A stretch of 64,000 bases of DNA from Candidatus Latescibacterota bacterium (GCA_965248435.1 OZ252100.1:1536001-1600000); one strand, 5' to 3'. Counted from the stretch's first letter, positions 10,601-18,272 are shown. Numbers and translations: made by a program. Notes: a model not told the origin generated them from the sequence alone.

Positions 10601-10872
10601 GTAGCGCCATCCCCGTCGGAATCTTCGGCGGCCAGCGTGGCATCCCAGAAGGCCTCCTGCCCGTTCGGTGTGACGCGCGCCTCTACAGCCTGTCCGAATA
10701 GGTTGCGATCGCCTCCCCCGGCCGGGTTGACGTGACAGTTGGCGCAGCTATTCTCTGAGCCATTCGGGAGCATCCCGGGCCTGAAGGAGCGGGCCTGAAC
10801 TTCGGTAGCACCCCACCCACACGTGAGCCCGGCCAGGAGCGCAAGTGAACCAACCATTTTGAGCAATGACAT
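1636..10872 (-). CDS. Giant secreted multidomain protein (~3078 aa): signal peptide, CxxCH/temptin-like domain, dockerin-like, cohesin-like, DUF5666-like repeats, Ig-like domains, C-terminal FlgD-Ig/T9SS-type sorting-like domain
   Basis: Start MSLLKMVG with signal peptide ending VQA; CANCH; paired DxDGDGxVxFxD motifs near both ends; C-terminus QNFPNPFNPET...YNVLGQEVR...WDGTD...SGIYF...KMLLLK. Confidence 0.9.
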   Translation of the reverse strand: MSLLKMVGSLALLAGLTCGWGATEVQARSFRPGMLPNGSENSCANCHVNPAGGGDRNLFGQAVEARVTPNGQEAFWDATLAAEDSDGDGATNGEELGDPDGDGTAEAGVQVFLPGDANSVPPPPEPTGPSPDLDGNGNVDFFDLLEIANRARLANAGEPDFDDGLDFDGDGQVGIDDLLIFARNFNLSVDQLNLERPPDGIGPNAGAILSFDADVGNGLNDGLTNGFVGPVGSIFSVEVFIEPLQTSIDGARIRLEVDPSLLRVRDFIEAGGTAVKATNDFGLAVAFAGGLDLGESGFLGTVEFETTSDMTDIPTRVGVEFATVMEAGTQLRNDLDLSHAEILFNTQGPGEPQPVGPVPVASIDVAAEVLCIAGPSFQIESDDLTVEFPDGSVLTVAEARASGLVPPGTLIGVDFVHVDFGPPVATHIRVLDEAAGVGPVEGQMVGVVEQAVIEIGEVFLADECFLLTSESEVVEGEVFISLDDLNEKDIVIVTSGPPLAGDDRPTALKIERVEVAPPPEPFHDRGPVGLIEPENDLFCIEGPLFKIDREDLPVLLPDGTEMPVLDAAASGLIGSDTPVEVEIAFLEGGPPVALHIRVLNEESEAEPRENTIVGRIDGAELGVGEVQFAGRCFLLTDGTEVVEGGLPLPLDALNLGDEVLVTYDGGPVAGDLETAVRIERLHVAPVAFGRVVHIDFEGGSFDIESDEGLIETVLVLDHTEFVIRRSGPNGEDGSDDPTAVTKQADGESEEPFFDEEFVGFDALQVEDHVDVFGERNADGVIEADKVVIFRGEEPAVGGRVTHIDFEGSSFEVEVGPELFETVLVLDHTEFVIRQPGPHPENGIDDNPPLTKQVDGEEPFHDEFVGFDALQVNDHVEVFGERNADGVIEARFVAITRGDRPEVAGRVVHIDFEADLFEVEAGPELIETVLVLDHTEFVIRRSGPNGEDGSDDPTAVTKQADGESEEPFQDEFVGFDALQVEDHVEVFGERNADGVIEADKVVIFRGEEQPHPVVAGRVAHIDFDASLFEVEAAPDLIETVLVLGHTEFVIRRPGPNGEDGSDDPTAVTKQADGEFDEPFFDEEFVGFDALQVDDHVDVFGGRNADGVIEADKVVIFQGDERPPGQGPVGAISEISFDESFICIRGPVIRLEHPEIPVEFGDGFVLPVRDAEQRAELSRGTPVAIDVEFRHEGEPPVAHRIRVIHADELGEVPPDVLLGIVEEVNVREGSIRLAGLCFRLTDGTGATEDGIEIALEDLIPKDIVRVTPGPREPKDDLPTAETIERFERALVPIQVVSFTLGGQVLDEDVANPPLAPGLNDAELVFNEPVEVFGGEPENVEFQSFPPLVLEEDILDLQVGDDETTLTATFDLPEETTYQAFVGDPDVENLGDLSQFFFGTTDLQDVTLSGSAFHPDGRNLGPFTLVGLLNLDFLDAVGGLFKPATKAAVARAAKQVAAKQDEFDDEFSDDEGADLEVIVNSFVRVVQVDETSSFEVPFVPDGEYFLFVVDVRDITSFIGFPDEDGDGIPDVIEVSGQSISGLEIPLEKLRFEVEEFHEEGIVIAEVDRENGFVFVRTPEGPFRIDVSDATIFDREGEEIDLQEFNPGSRVNAWGTVFDDGSISLFELQVIEFEGPRSIFGRVISIQLPEADRPGRMSLAAAGFRFNEFETRVEDSSGRRISPLDLHPGLSVIILFRETEEMGQRGLIAEGIRVLRPGEPAPPPEPDLFVGQIADINFNERLIFGAVSLALFEGTEYFDRDGNETEVQPGSDVRVIPTETRFGIAARRVDVVREPGERAPEEILSAVFLINGEEVPVAGAVGVPLAAEARVTFNVPLSEIALDAVEVFVYSQETDTDVEVQKSVDADGNLVLEMTLSADDVYDGEIALESGAFFFATFTTSDALPSLLVESIDPEDGATNVGTVTTISVTFNRELNTDGDEVDAELFILPIPEGFTEIAGKITRALQGDENGGTDFGRPRISDDHLTISVDVELRPDQSYLVVIPDAGDVDGFRLNEIFKSRFSTGEPPTSTVAGSFVFPPNAQLDPVLRNGAGFVYMLPAELELGDLEGDEPERLGVAFDVTQSGDFEMPVSAGTYIVEGFVFIEEGPDGVEQGLVGTYQDDNGEPLELVVGDGVEITDIEIRVVSELRVTATRPFPGQTNLPAGVTTLSVQFSEPLAQHRGTPVLKAEIRPHIRNFDLQRSSQDPRRVETDVRLQADTDYVVIIHYARGVSGAELFDLFEIPISTRSEFGGGIVGGLVVRSDGLDPKGKVILGIPAEERLIAESRIRSDGSFGFENIPGVEFGLFAELTLDDGRKVYGTVDEDGDGKPDLFAIEPGEEITDLTIEVFVPEAPVAGETGGNEGATLSFDFDSGAGDGGDTVADLSPGDQFSVAVYVEGATALTAFDVTIGYDSQFLALEDDPEPESDEEGDNILTLNDGFGAFLNRVGEEGKGHLTGAILDPDDDVVVTGGGLLGVLNFVVLESFTTGTTELTIEGTFNLNLDEATSDAIGTVSVEALTGSIGLTADPSIVTDDGEDASTVEAQILDLEGNLQDDDNATVVTFSVDGVGVLSDEEVTVTNGVATTELTSDTAGSATVSASASGAQTATVEVAVIPGAGVSGAAAGPIALDLDLATGDGGVRFRTAEATIDEKLVVDVVAVSGAQDFAGVNLVLNYGVDAVAFDDFEESDLFSGALVIAAKGEGTLQISVAHTGGLVERDAGSIGQATFTALKDGVASVVLVSASFATASLEEFEQEIGAGGQTVTFGGTAAVRVGDIDGDGLVGFLDFVALGISFLKSEGDPLYNVDADLDGDGTVSFLDFVAFSINFNKKVVDIVLTKPVLPPVRNPNGKAELDLVPVQSQKSGEVDLLVRLNQVDEVGGFNLKVNYDPSAMAWLGAESQSVSRFANESGPAGVAIEDASRSGEVVLSDIFAAEGRLRGEGDLVRLKFRVLEETVGGRVEIAEALISDGWGQIRTILGSHLAEVRALPQDYALNQNFPNPFNPETQIVYQIPEASDVTLRIYNVLGQEVRVLEQGRKEAGFYRARWDGTDAFGRPVSSGIYFTQMVAEGFMDIRKMLLLK
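7520..8815 (-). repeat. Four tandem ~320-340 bp intragenic repeats
   Basis: ETVLVLDHTEFVIR...TKQ.DG...FVGFDALQV.DHV.VFGERNADGVIEA occurs four times; three copies are nearly identical at DNA level. Confidence 0.95.
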
Positions 10873-11193
10873 ATTCGATTTCCCCCTAAGAATTTGTTGA
10901 ACTCGTGCACATTTCCACATTATAGTATCGGCCTTCCAACTCAAAAAGAAGTGATTGTCGTCACCATCCAAAAATTTCGCTCGCAGTCAACACGGATTTT
11001 GCGAAAAGAACGGCGCAATATAGCTGGGGGTGAATATCTCTGCAACTGGTTTTTCGGCGTAAAAATCACCAACTTAGGAGAATCGGGGCACTGGAGGGTG
11101 TGTTGCGGGCAGTCCGGATTGAAGCATCAGGAGAGGGAAATCGTCGGGTCTTTTTTTTCGACGCAAATCGCTGTGAAAAGGTCCAAAAAGTCC

Positions 11194-11222
11194 TTGCAGT
11201 TTTATTAATATACATTTAACAT
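11194..11222 (+). promoter_or_regulatory. Putative sigma70 promoter of glnA
   Basis: TTGCAG-N17-TAACAT. Confidence 0.5.
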
Positions 11223-11335
11223 GGCCGAAATCTGACCGAAACACAGGCCGGATATATTCACGAAATCCTATTACCCTGAAGCGCTCTACCGATTCCTCCT
11301 CAAGAAGAATCCTTCCCTTGAAAGGAGCAGGAAAA

Positions 11336-12754
11336 ATGGCGAAGACCCCTCGAGATGTATTCGATACCATCAAGCAGCGGGACATCAAGATCATCGACCT
11401 CCGGTTCATGGACTTCCCCGGTTCCTGGCAGCACTTCTCCATGCCGACCACCGAGTTTGAAGAAGACCTCTTTGAAGACGGCATCGGGTTCGACGGCTCC
11501 AGCATCCGGGGCTGGCAGGCCATCAACGAAAGCGACATGCTGGTCGTCCCCGATCCGACTACGGCCTTTGTCGACCCGTTTCTCAGCATTCCTACGCTCG
11601 TACTGATCTGCGATATCGTCGATCCCGTGACCCGCAGCAAGTACACACGGGACCCACGGGCGGTCGCCTTGAAGGCGGAAAACTACCTGAAATCCACCGG
11701 GATTGCCGACACGGCCTACTTTGGTCCAGAAGCCGAGTTCTTCGTGTTCGACGACGTCCGCTTCGACCAAACCCATAATTCCGGCTACTACTACGTGGAT
11801 TCCGCGGAGGGCAGGTGGAATACGGGCAAGGATGAAGGCCCCAACCTGGGCCATAAGCCGCGCTACAAGGAAGGGTATTTTCCCGTACCCCCAAGTGACT
11901 CCCAGCAGGACCTCAGGAGCGAGATGATCCTGCACATGATCGACGCCGGGCTCAACGCCGAGGCCCACCACCACGAGGTATCGACCGGCGGCCAGGGAGA
12001 GATCGACATCAAGTTCGCCCCGCTGGTCAGCTGTGCGGATCAGCTCGTCATCTACAAGTATATCGTGAAGAACACCGCCAGGAAGCACAACAAGACCGCC
12101 ACATTCATGCCGAAGCCGATCTTCGAGGACAACGGGACGGGAATGCACGTCCACCAGAGCCTCTGGAACGGAGACGAGCCTATTTTTGCAGGATCTGGCT
12201 ACGCAGGATTGAGCGAGACGGCCCTACACTACATTGGCGGTCTCTTGAAGCACGCGCCCGCGCTGCTCGCGTTTGCGGCACCGACCACGAACTCCTACAA
12301 GCGGCTCGTCCCGGGCTACGAGGCGCCAGTCAACCTGGCCTACTCGCAGCGCAATCGGAGTGCGGCAGTGCGTATTCCGGTCTACCACGGGGACGCCAAG
12401 GCCAAGCGAGCCGAGTTCCGGTGTCCCGACCCCAGCTGCAACCCCTACCTCACCTTTAGCGCGATGCTCATGGCAGGGCTGGACGGGATCCTGAACAAGA
12501 TCGACCCGGGCAACCCGCTCGATAAGGACCTCTACGACCTGGAGCCTGAGGAAGCGGCCGAGATTCCTCAGACGCCGGGATCTCTCGATGAAGCCCTGGG
12601 CGCCCTGAAGCAGGATCACGAATTCCTGTTGAAGGGAGACGTGTTTACGGAGGACGTCATCAGTACGTGGATCGACTACAAAATGGAGAACGAAGTCGAC
12701 GCCATACGGCTGAGGCCTCACCCGTATGAATTCGCCCTCTATTACGATGTGTAG
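11336..12754 (+). CDS. glnA: Glutamine synthetase type I
   Basis: [67 protein letters not shown] adenylylation-type loop; AAGGAG SD. Confidence 0.98.
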   Translation: MAKTPRDVFDTIKQRDIKIIDLRFMDFPGSWQHFSMPTTEFEEDLFEDGIGFDGSSIRGWQAINESDMLVVPDPTTAFVDPFLSIPTLVLICDIVDPVTRSKYTRDPRAVALKAENYLKSTGIADTAYFGPEAEFFVFDDVRFDQTHNSGYYYVDSAEGRWNTGKDEGPNLGHKPRYKEGYFPVPPSDSQQDLRSEMILHMIDAGLNAEAHHHEVSTGGQGEIDIKFAPLVSCADQLVIYKYIVKNTARKHNKTATFMPKPIFEDNGTGMHVHQSLWNGDEPIFAGSGYAGLSETALHYIGGLLKHAPALLAFAAPTTNSYKRLVPGYEAPVNLAYSQRNRSAAVRIPVYHGDAKAKRAEFRCPDPSCNPYLTFSAMLMAGLDGILNKIDPGNPLDKDLYDLEPEEAAEIPQTPGSLDEALGALKQDHEFLLKGDVFTEDVISTWIDYKMENEVDAIRLRPHPYEFALYYDV

Positions 12755-12771
12755 CAAATAAGCGATTCAGC

Positions 12772-12809
12772 AAAGCGGGGGGCTACTTGCTGGCCCCCCG
12801 CTTTTTTTT
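12772..12809 (+). terminator. Rho-independent terminator of glnA
   Basis: AAAGCGGGGGGC-loop-GCCCCCCGC followed by T8. Confidence 0.9.
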
Positions 12810-12826
12810 GCGCCTGGTTATGGCCT

Positions 12827-12855
12827 GTAGAGACGCGGTGATGCCGCGTCTCTAT
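12827..12855 (+). repeat. GTAG-family REP-like palindrome
   Basis: GTAGAGACGCGG-TGATG-CCGCGTCTCTA; related copies at 21601 and 61300-61576. Confidence 0.7.
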
Positions 12856-12907
12856 CACGTCGATCCGGTCCCCGAAAACCCTGGGTCGAAATACGAGATA
12901 CGTGATC

Positions 12908-12941
12908 AAAAAGAAGGCGTCGGCCCATTAGGGCCGACGCC
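12908..12941 (-). terminator. Terminator closing the flagellar cluster
   Basis: GGCGTCGGCCC-4 nt-GGGCCGACGCC followed on the minus strand by TTCTTTTT. Confidence 0.8.
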
Positions 12942-13036
12942 GATCGTTTTCGCAGATTCTGGCTGGCAAACAGAAAAGGCGAGAAGTCGATGATGCTCCT
13001 CTCGCCTCGATCTCATACTGACGGAATGTTGACTAA

Positions 13037-13492
13037 CTATCCGACCAATCCATCCAGCACTCTATCCGCGACTTGAACCGCCGCCCCGCTGGAATTGTAG
13101 AAGCCTGATGCGACCCGTTCTGTGGCTTGTGCGATTCGATCTTGCCTCACCTCGGGCAGGTCTGCGACCGCGGAACGGAGGGTGCTGACTTCCTTGACCT
13201 CCTCGGCGACGCCGCTCACGATCCCCGAATTGAGGACGGCGTCGGCAATGGCCCGAAGCACCTCGGGACGATCGTAATAGCCGCTTGCTACTCGCCGTCT
13301 GACCTCCTCAACGAGCTTCCCGCGGACGTCATCGACCGATCCCAGATCTACCTGGCCAAGCTCCCGAGCGGCGTGCGAGATCTGGACGACATCCCCGCCA
13401 TTCGGCACATTTCGCCGCCTTCTTACCTCTGCTTCGCGTCGCTCCGTAGTTTCCGGGCCGCGTATCTGATTTATGGCATTCTCAATTCTCAT
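13037..13492 (-). CDS. flgM: Anti-sigma28 factor FlgM-like protein with duplicated C-terminal domain
   Basis: DVVQIS motif, then DVRGKLVEEVRRRVASGYY and EVRQDRIAQATERVASGFY; sigma28 promoter directly upstream. Confidence 0.85.
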   Translation of the reverse strand: MRIENAINQIRGPETTERREAEVRRRRNVPNGGDVVQISHAARELGQVDLGSVDDVRGKLVEEVRRRVASGYYDRPEVLRAIADAVLNSGIVSGVAEEVKEVSTLRSAVADLPEVRQDRIAQATERVASGFYNSSGAAVQVADRVLDGLVG

Positions 13493-13512
13493 GCTTTACC
13501 CTCTGTCATGAT

Positions 13513-13539
13513 ATATCGGTCATGCCGGAGGAATCTTGA
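13513..13539 (-). promoter_or_regulatory. Sigma28 (FliA) promoter of flgM
   Basis: TCAA-N15-ACCGATAT on the minus strand. Confidence 0.75.
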
Positions 13540-13659
13540 GGCCTTTTCGAATCCCTGGGGCTGCCTGATTTTCCTGTAGCGAGCTTCCAAAGTAACTTTA
13601 TTAAATATAATATGTTATCTCACACCGCGAGCCGGAAGTTTTTGCCGGTTCACGGCCCC

Positions 13660-14106
13660 TTACCGGGCCTTGTCCACGAAGCGCGCGGCCTGCCCCGGTC
13701 GCCGCTGAAAATAGGCGCGGGCCGCCTTGGACTGGGAGTTCAGGTCGGTCATTTGCTTCCTGACATCTCCCATGGACTGCTTGATCATCGAGGCATTCCG
13801 GTCTTTGACCTCTTGAATCTCCCCGATAAGCTCCCGGATCTTGTCGACAACCCCATCCATCGCCCTCTTTTCTACAACAGGACGATCGGATCCCAGCGAA
13901 CCCCAGCTCTGACGGAGCGGTGTCAGGGAGGCCTCCAGGTCCCGGATCTTGCGCATCAGCCCCCTCACTTCGGATGACCCGGAAGTCAGACGGGCAACAT
14001 CCATGACTTCGATGTAAGCGGTCTGCTTCTGCACGGCATCCTTCATATTGACGTAGTGGGAGACCTGCTCGTGCAAAAGCTTCACAATCTTGGACCCGAG
14101 TTCCAT
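13660..14106 (-). CDS. Flagellar export chaperone, FlgN/FliT-like
   Basis: All-helical 148 aa after fliS (usual fliT position); C-terminal AY...ARFVDK. Confidence 0.7.
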   Translation of the reverse strand: MELGSKIVKLLHEQVSHYVNMKDAVQKQTAYIEVMDVARLTSGSSEVRGLMRKIRDLEASLTPLRQSWGSLGSDRPVVEKRAMDGVVDKIRELIGEIQEVKDRNASMIKQSMGDVRKQMTDLNSQSKAARAYFQRRPGQAARFVDKAR

Positions 14107-14113
14107 CCTGTGT

Positions 14114-14536
14114 TCAACCCTCTATGCTAAAGCTTGAAGTTGTAACATCCCCCTGGATGTTCCCCTCGACCTGCTGAATCGCGACCTCCCAGGCCGCGTA
14201 GAGTGTTTCCAATATCTGGATCGCCTCGTTGACGGCTTCCTTGTCCACGTTCAGATTCGCGTCGAGCAGGCGACGGTATACGTAGAGGTAGAGCTGACGC
14301 AGGGATTGGGGGATTTCTCCTGCCTCCATATCCAGCGCGAGGTTCAGCTCCATGATGATGTCCTGGGCTTTGATCAACTGATTGCCCTTGCCCTCGAAAT
14401 CATTCTTTTCGATCAACGCCAAAGACTTCTTCAGTGCCTTGATGGCGCCCTGATATAGCATCAGGATCAACTTGCCTCGAGGGGCGGTGCTGATCTGTAC
14501 TTCCTTGTACTGACCAAATTGCTTCGAGCTTTCCAT
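14114..14536 (-). CDS. fliS: Flagellin chaperone FliS
   Basis: TAPRGKLILMLYQGAI, KAQDIIMELNLALD, LRQLYLY, AW. Confidence 0.95.
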   Translation of the reverse strand: MESSKQFGQYKEVQISTAPRGKLILMLYQGAIKALKKSLALIEKNDFEGKGNQLIKAQDIIMELNLALDMEAGEIPQSLRQLYLYVYRRLLDANLNVDKEAVNEAIQILETLYAAWEVAIQQVEGNIQGDVTTSSFSIEG

Positions 14537-14570
14537 TCGCTTTCTAACTCCTTAGTGAACCATTCTCGGC

Positions 14571-17500
14571 TTAGTTCCTTGCCGTGGCTGCACCAATAGA
14601 CGCGAGCTGGGCACCAAGGAATGAACCGAGAGCATTGAACTCAGCGAGTGTCGTCTCCATAGCCGTAAACTGCCTCTGCAGTGTCTGTCGGGTAATCAGC
14701 AGACGGTCCTCCATCGATTCGATCTGGTCCTGGGCGGCATCAATCGTGTCCTGGATCGCATCCTGTCGGGTGGCCACGAGACCCGATAGTGGGTCCGTGA
14801 TCGAATTCAGGGTCCGTCTGAGCTGATCCGCCACGCCCTGCGTGATCTTGACCGTCCCCTGATCACTGCCCTGCGAGATCAGCTCGCTGGGTGTGAGCAG
14901 CGCCCGTAGAGAAAGTCCGGCCACGTTCCCCGATCCGGAATCACCGGTCAGAATCCGTCCAACTCCTGTGGCCAACTCTCCGTTGATCGTGCCCACGACG
15001 TCAACACCATTGAAGGTATCGTCTGTGATCCCGGTCTCATTGCTGCTCTGGCTTACCGCAAAACCGGCTCCCGAGCCGTAGGCATCAGACGCCAGCTTGA
15101 GCTGACCCCCTTCGTTGGAGGCTGTCACATCGATCGCGAAACGGCCCTCCGTGCTCACTTCGATGCTTCCGAAATTGAGGTTGCCTCCTCCCTCATTGCG
15201 CTCGATCAGGGCCAGCGTGATCTGGCTGGTTCCGACCTGATTGTCCGTAATCACGATTCGCCCGCTGGAATCCACACTCGCCGACACACCGCCCTGCATG
15301 AGGCTTCGGACCTCCGCTAAGAGGTCGTTGACGGTCTGAGTGGCAGGATCTGAGATCGTGAACGTCCCTGAAACCCGCTCTCCGTTGTGGAGGTTCCCCT
15401 GGATATCGATCGTGTCGTCGGCCGCAACATTAGCGCCGAAGATGGTGTCGAAGGTGTTATCGGCACTGATGGACGTCGCGCCATCCGAAGTGTTCGACAG
15501 AGACCCGGTTCGGACCTCGGCGACACTGGTGCTCAAGGCGCTGTTGATCTTGTTCACAATGTCATCTGTATCCTCACCCACCACCAGGTCTATGGATTCC
15601 GATCGGTTGCTCACGACGTCTGTAATCGAGATGGTTTCCGGATTCAAAAGACCGGCCGACAGGTCGACCGTGCCCTGAACAGAGGCTTGCTCAGCCGCCG
15701 TAGTAACAGAAACATCATAGGTCCCTGCGGTGGTATCGTCATTCTGGAATACGAATTCGATGTTTGAATCGGAGGCCGATCCTTTTGCCACGAGGACCCG
15801 CTCCAGGTCATCCAGATTGTTATTCAGGGCGTCGTCCAGCCGAGCGCTGTCGATCTCCAGCTGACCGTCCCGATTAAAGGCGACGCCGAACAGAGACAGG
15901 CTATCCTCATCCTGGACGAGCCCGCTCACAGGACTCGTCACAACGCTACGCAATTGACTCTGCAGAGTCAACAGGGTCGAGTCCCCGGAGAGGGGTCCAG
16001 AGGACTGTGTGTCTTCGTTGAACACGAACTGCTGGCTGACGAGCGAAAGCGCGTTGTTGTAGTCGGCGACAAAGCTCTCGATCGATCCCCGGATGGCCCC
16101 CGTATCCTGTTCTACGGAAACCGTCGCAGTCGTCCCGGGCTCTGCCTTGTTCAGGTCAAGGTTCACGCCTGCAAGGGCGTCCGTCACGGTGTTGCTCGTT
16201 CGGGTCAGGGTCACCCCGTTCACCCGCAGCACAGCGTCCTGCCCGGCGGTTTCGCGGGAAAGCGCGTTCTGGCCCTCGGTGGATACACTCATGCTGCCGA
16301 AGGTGAGCGACCCGCCCGCCTCGTTGTTGGGCTGCAGGGACACGGAAAGCTGGCTCGTGCCTGCCACACTGTCGGTCACGACCACCTGACCGGCCGAATT
16401 GATGCTGGCGGTCACGCCTCCGAACGTCGTCTCGATCTCGTCCAGAAGGTCCTGGAGTCGATCACTGTTTACGCTCGAAACGGTAAACGATCCTGAGGCG
16501 GACGTGCCGTCCCGCGTCGTACCGGAGATGGTAATGGTATCGCCGTTCGTGACAGCAGCGCCGAAGATATCGCTGAATTTAGTATTCGCATCTACCGGTG
16601 TCGATCCGTCGGTGGTGTTGGAAACGGTGCCGGTGTGGACCTCCGCCACCGCAGCGGACACCTGCGCAGTGCCCTTCAGGATTCCGAGGGCCTCCAGCAC
16701 ATTGTTGTCATCCACGAACGTCGTGGTGCCGTCGATCTGAAGCTGGAAGAAGGTACTCCCGTCAACCTCTTCTGAAATCAGGCTGGTCGTCACCCCCGTG
16801 ATCGCATTTTTGATGTCTGTCAAAGACTGAGTCGCAAGGTCGATGGTAACCGTCTGATTGCCGATCGTGACCGTACCGGAAGGCGCAGCGCCTAAGCCCA
16901 TCAGGCTTCCAACAGAGGTCGTACTGCTCGCAAACGAGTCCGATTGGGCGCCGTTTCCAGAGACCAGGCTCTTGATCGACGTGGCCGTGCCCGTGAACCC
17001 GAGCGTCTGTAGGAGGTCGGTCGTGCTGGCGTCTTGCAGGCCGAATCCCCCGGCACCCTGTTCTTCGCTCGTAAGCAGGAGGCGATGGTCCGTCTCGGTA
17101 ACCTGAAGGATTTGGGCCTGAACGCCGGCGTCCGCGTTGTTAACCGCGTCCCGAACCGTGAGTAGATCATCTGTGTTCGAGATCGACACGGCCTTTCCAT
17201 TCACCAGGATCTCACCGGCGATGCCCAGGGCCTCAGTGCTGCTCGAGAAAGATCCGGAAGATCGGCTCGCAGTCTGCGCCAGGGATAACACTTCTACAGA
17301 GAAGTCGCCAGGACTCGCAGACCCGCTTGCGGTGGCGCTCACCAGGTCTGAATCACTCGAGGAGACGGTGAAAACGTCGAAGCCAGACGCATCTGAAAGT
17401 GTATCGGCACGATTCAAGACCGAGAGCAGGCTCGTGTTGATTCCCTGGAGCACACTGAGCTTGATCTCCTCCTGGACCTGCTGGTTCTCGAGCAGGACGA

Positions 17501-17591
17501 TGGGACGCCGCTCAATGGCGATCAATTGCTCAACGATCGTCGCAGAATCGATTCCGGAGCTCAGGCCGGAAAAGCTGATCCCTCGGCTCAT
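14571..17591 (-). CDS. fliD: Flagellar filament cap protein FliD, unusually long (1006 aa)
   Basis: ISFSGLSSGID N-terminus, GQDAVLRVNG..TSNTVTDALAGV, FVADYN, GPLSGDSTL, QFTAME C-terminus. Confidence 0.95.
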   Translation of the reverse strand: MSRGISFSGLSSGIDSATIVEQLIAIERRPIVLLENQQVQEEIKLSVLQGINTSLLSVLNRADTLSDASGFDVFTVSSSDSDLVSATASGSASPGDFSVEVLSLAQTASRSSGSFSSSTEALGIAGEILVNGKAVSISNTDDLLTVRDAVNNADAGVQAQILQVTETDHRLLLTSEEQGAGGFGLQDASTTDLLQTLGFTGTATSIKSLVSGNGAQSDSFASSTTSVGSLMGLGAAPSGTVTIGNQTVTIDLATQSLTDIKNAITGVTTSLISEEVDGSTFFQLQIDGTTTFVDDNNVLEALGILKGTAQVSAAVAEVHTGTVSNTTDGSTPVDANTKFSDIFGAAVTNGDTITISGTTRDGTSASGSFTVSSVNSDRLQDLLDEIETTFGGVTASINSAGQVVVTDSVAGTSQLSVSLQPNNEAGGSLTFGSMSVSTEGQNALSRETAGQDAVLRVNGVTLTRTSNTVTDALAGVNLDLNKAEPGTTATVSVEQDTGAIRGSIESFVADYNNALSLVSQQFVFNEDTQSSGPLSGDSTLLTLQSQLRSVVTSPVSGLVQDEDSLSLFGVAFNRDGQLEIDSARLDDALNNNLDDLERVLVAKGSASDSNIEFVFQNDDTTAGTYDVSVTTAAEQASVQGTVDLSAGLLNPETISITDVVSNRSESIDLVVGEDTDDIVNKINSALSTSVAEVRTGSLSNTSDGATSISADNTFDTIFGANVAADDTIDIQGNLHNGERVSGTFTISDPATQTVNDLLAEVRSLMQGGVSASVDSSGRIVITDNQVGTSQITLALIERNEGGGNLNFGSIEVSTEGRFAIDVTASNEGGQLKLASDAYGSGAGFAVSQSSNETGITDDTFNGVDVVGTINGELATGVGRILTGDSGSGNVAGLSLRALLTPSELISQGSDQGTVKITQGVADQLRRTLNSITDPLSGLVATRQDAIQDTIDAAQDQIESMEDRLLITRQTLQRQFTAMETTLAEFNALGSFLGAQLASIGAATARN

Positions 17592-17654
17592 ATGGTCCTT
17601 GTCCTGTGGAAAGGCCTCCGCCCCGCTGGAAGGCTCGGGGCAGCCCTATCTAAC

Positions 17655-17681
17655 CAATCGGTATCCTGCGGAGTAACTTTA
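17655..17681 (-). promoter_or_regulatory. Sigma28 promoter of the fliD-fliS operon
   Basis: TAAA-N15-ACCGATTG on the minus strand. Confidence 0.75.
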
Positions 17682-17759
17682 TCTCTAGTACAGAGAAACG
17701 CGGACACCTCGCCCCTCCTTGCGAACTGCCCGCTGCTTCCGTGCAGCGAAAATGCTACT

Positions 17760-17795
17760 GAGATCGACTGCCGGGTCTACCCGGCAGTCGATCTC
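17760..17795 (-). terminator. Perfect 16-bp hairpin after flaG
   Basis: GAGATCGACTGCCGGG-TCTA-CCCGGCAGTCGATCTC directly after the flaG stop; weak U-tract. Confidence 0.6.
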
Positions 17796-17797
17796 TA

Positions 17798-18151
17798 TTA
17801 CCCACTCTGATTAACAAGCAATCCGATAATCTTGTCGATGCTCACCTCAGCTTTCAGAAGCTGTTCAGGAGGAATTTGTCGGATCAGGTCACCCGTCTGC
17901 GGATTCTTCACCTGAACCACCATATGGCCGGTGTCCCCGTCAATGGAGATCGCGAGATCGCGGCTGAACGCCTGTATCGCCTTGCTTAGCCGTTCCACCG
18001 TTCGCTCCACCCTCTGGACATCCAGCCTATGCCCCTGGCCGGCGTCTTCGCTTAACTCAAGCACATCCTGTGTCTTGGAGCCTGGGGCAGGATCATCGAC
18101 GCGCGGCCGCTGTAAAGCTCGGCTACCCTGTATGGCGACAATGTTTTCCAT
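17798..18151 (-). CDS. flaG: Flagellar protein FlaG
   Basis: VVQVKNPQTGDLIRQIPPEQLL...GLLVN; position between flagellin and fliD. Confidence 0.92.
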   Translation of the reverse strand: MENIVAIQGSRALQRPRVDDPAPGSKTQDVLELSEDAGQGHRLDVQRVERTVERLSKAIQAFSRDLAISIDGDTGHMVVQVKNPQTGDLIRQIPPEQLLKAEVSIDKIIGLLVNQSG

Positions 18152-18272
18152 TTCCCACTACCTCGCTTCAAAACGAGTCTGATAGGCTCGAAGGCTTTTG
18201 CCTGGCGCGGACCGGATGCCCGCGCCGCTCATTAGAATCATCACTCTAGAACTCCCGCCTCGCGCTTCGGAA

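Noticed and set aside
1939-10735. Many long plus-strand ORFs opposite the giant gene (e.g. 7420..8931, 503 aa), and similar antisense ORFs elsewhere
   Set aside because: Shadow frames of GC-rich coding sequence; no recognisable motifs, and they mirror the repeats of the real gene
10925-10951. Sigma28 promoter for the giant gene (GCCGATAC)
   Set aside because: No TAAA-like -35 at 15-16 nt; the adjacent TATAAT suggests another promoter type, and neither is well supported
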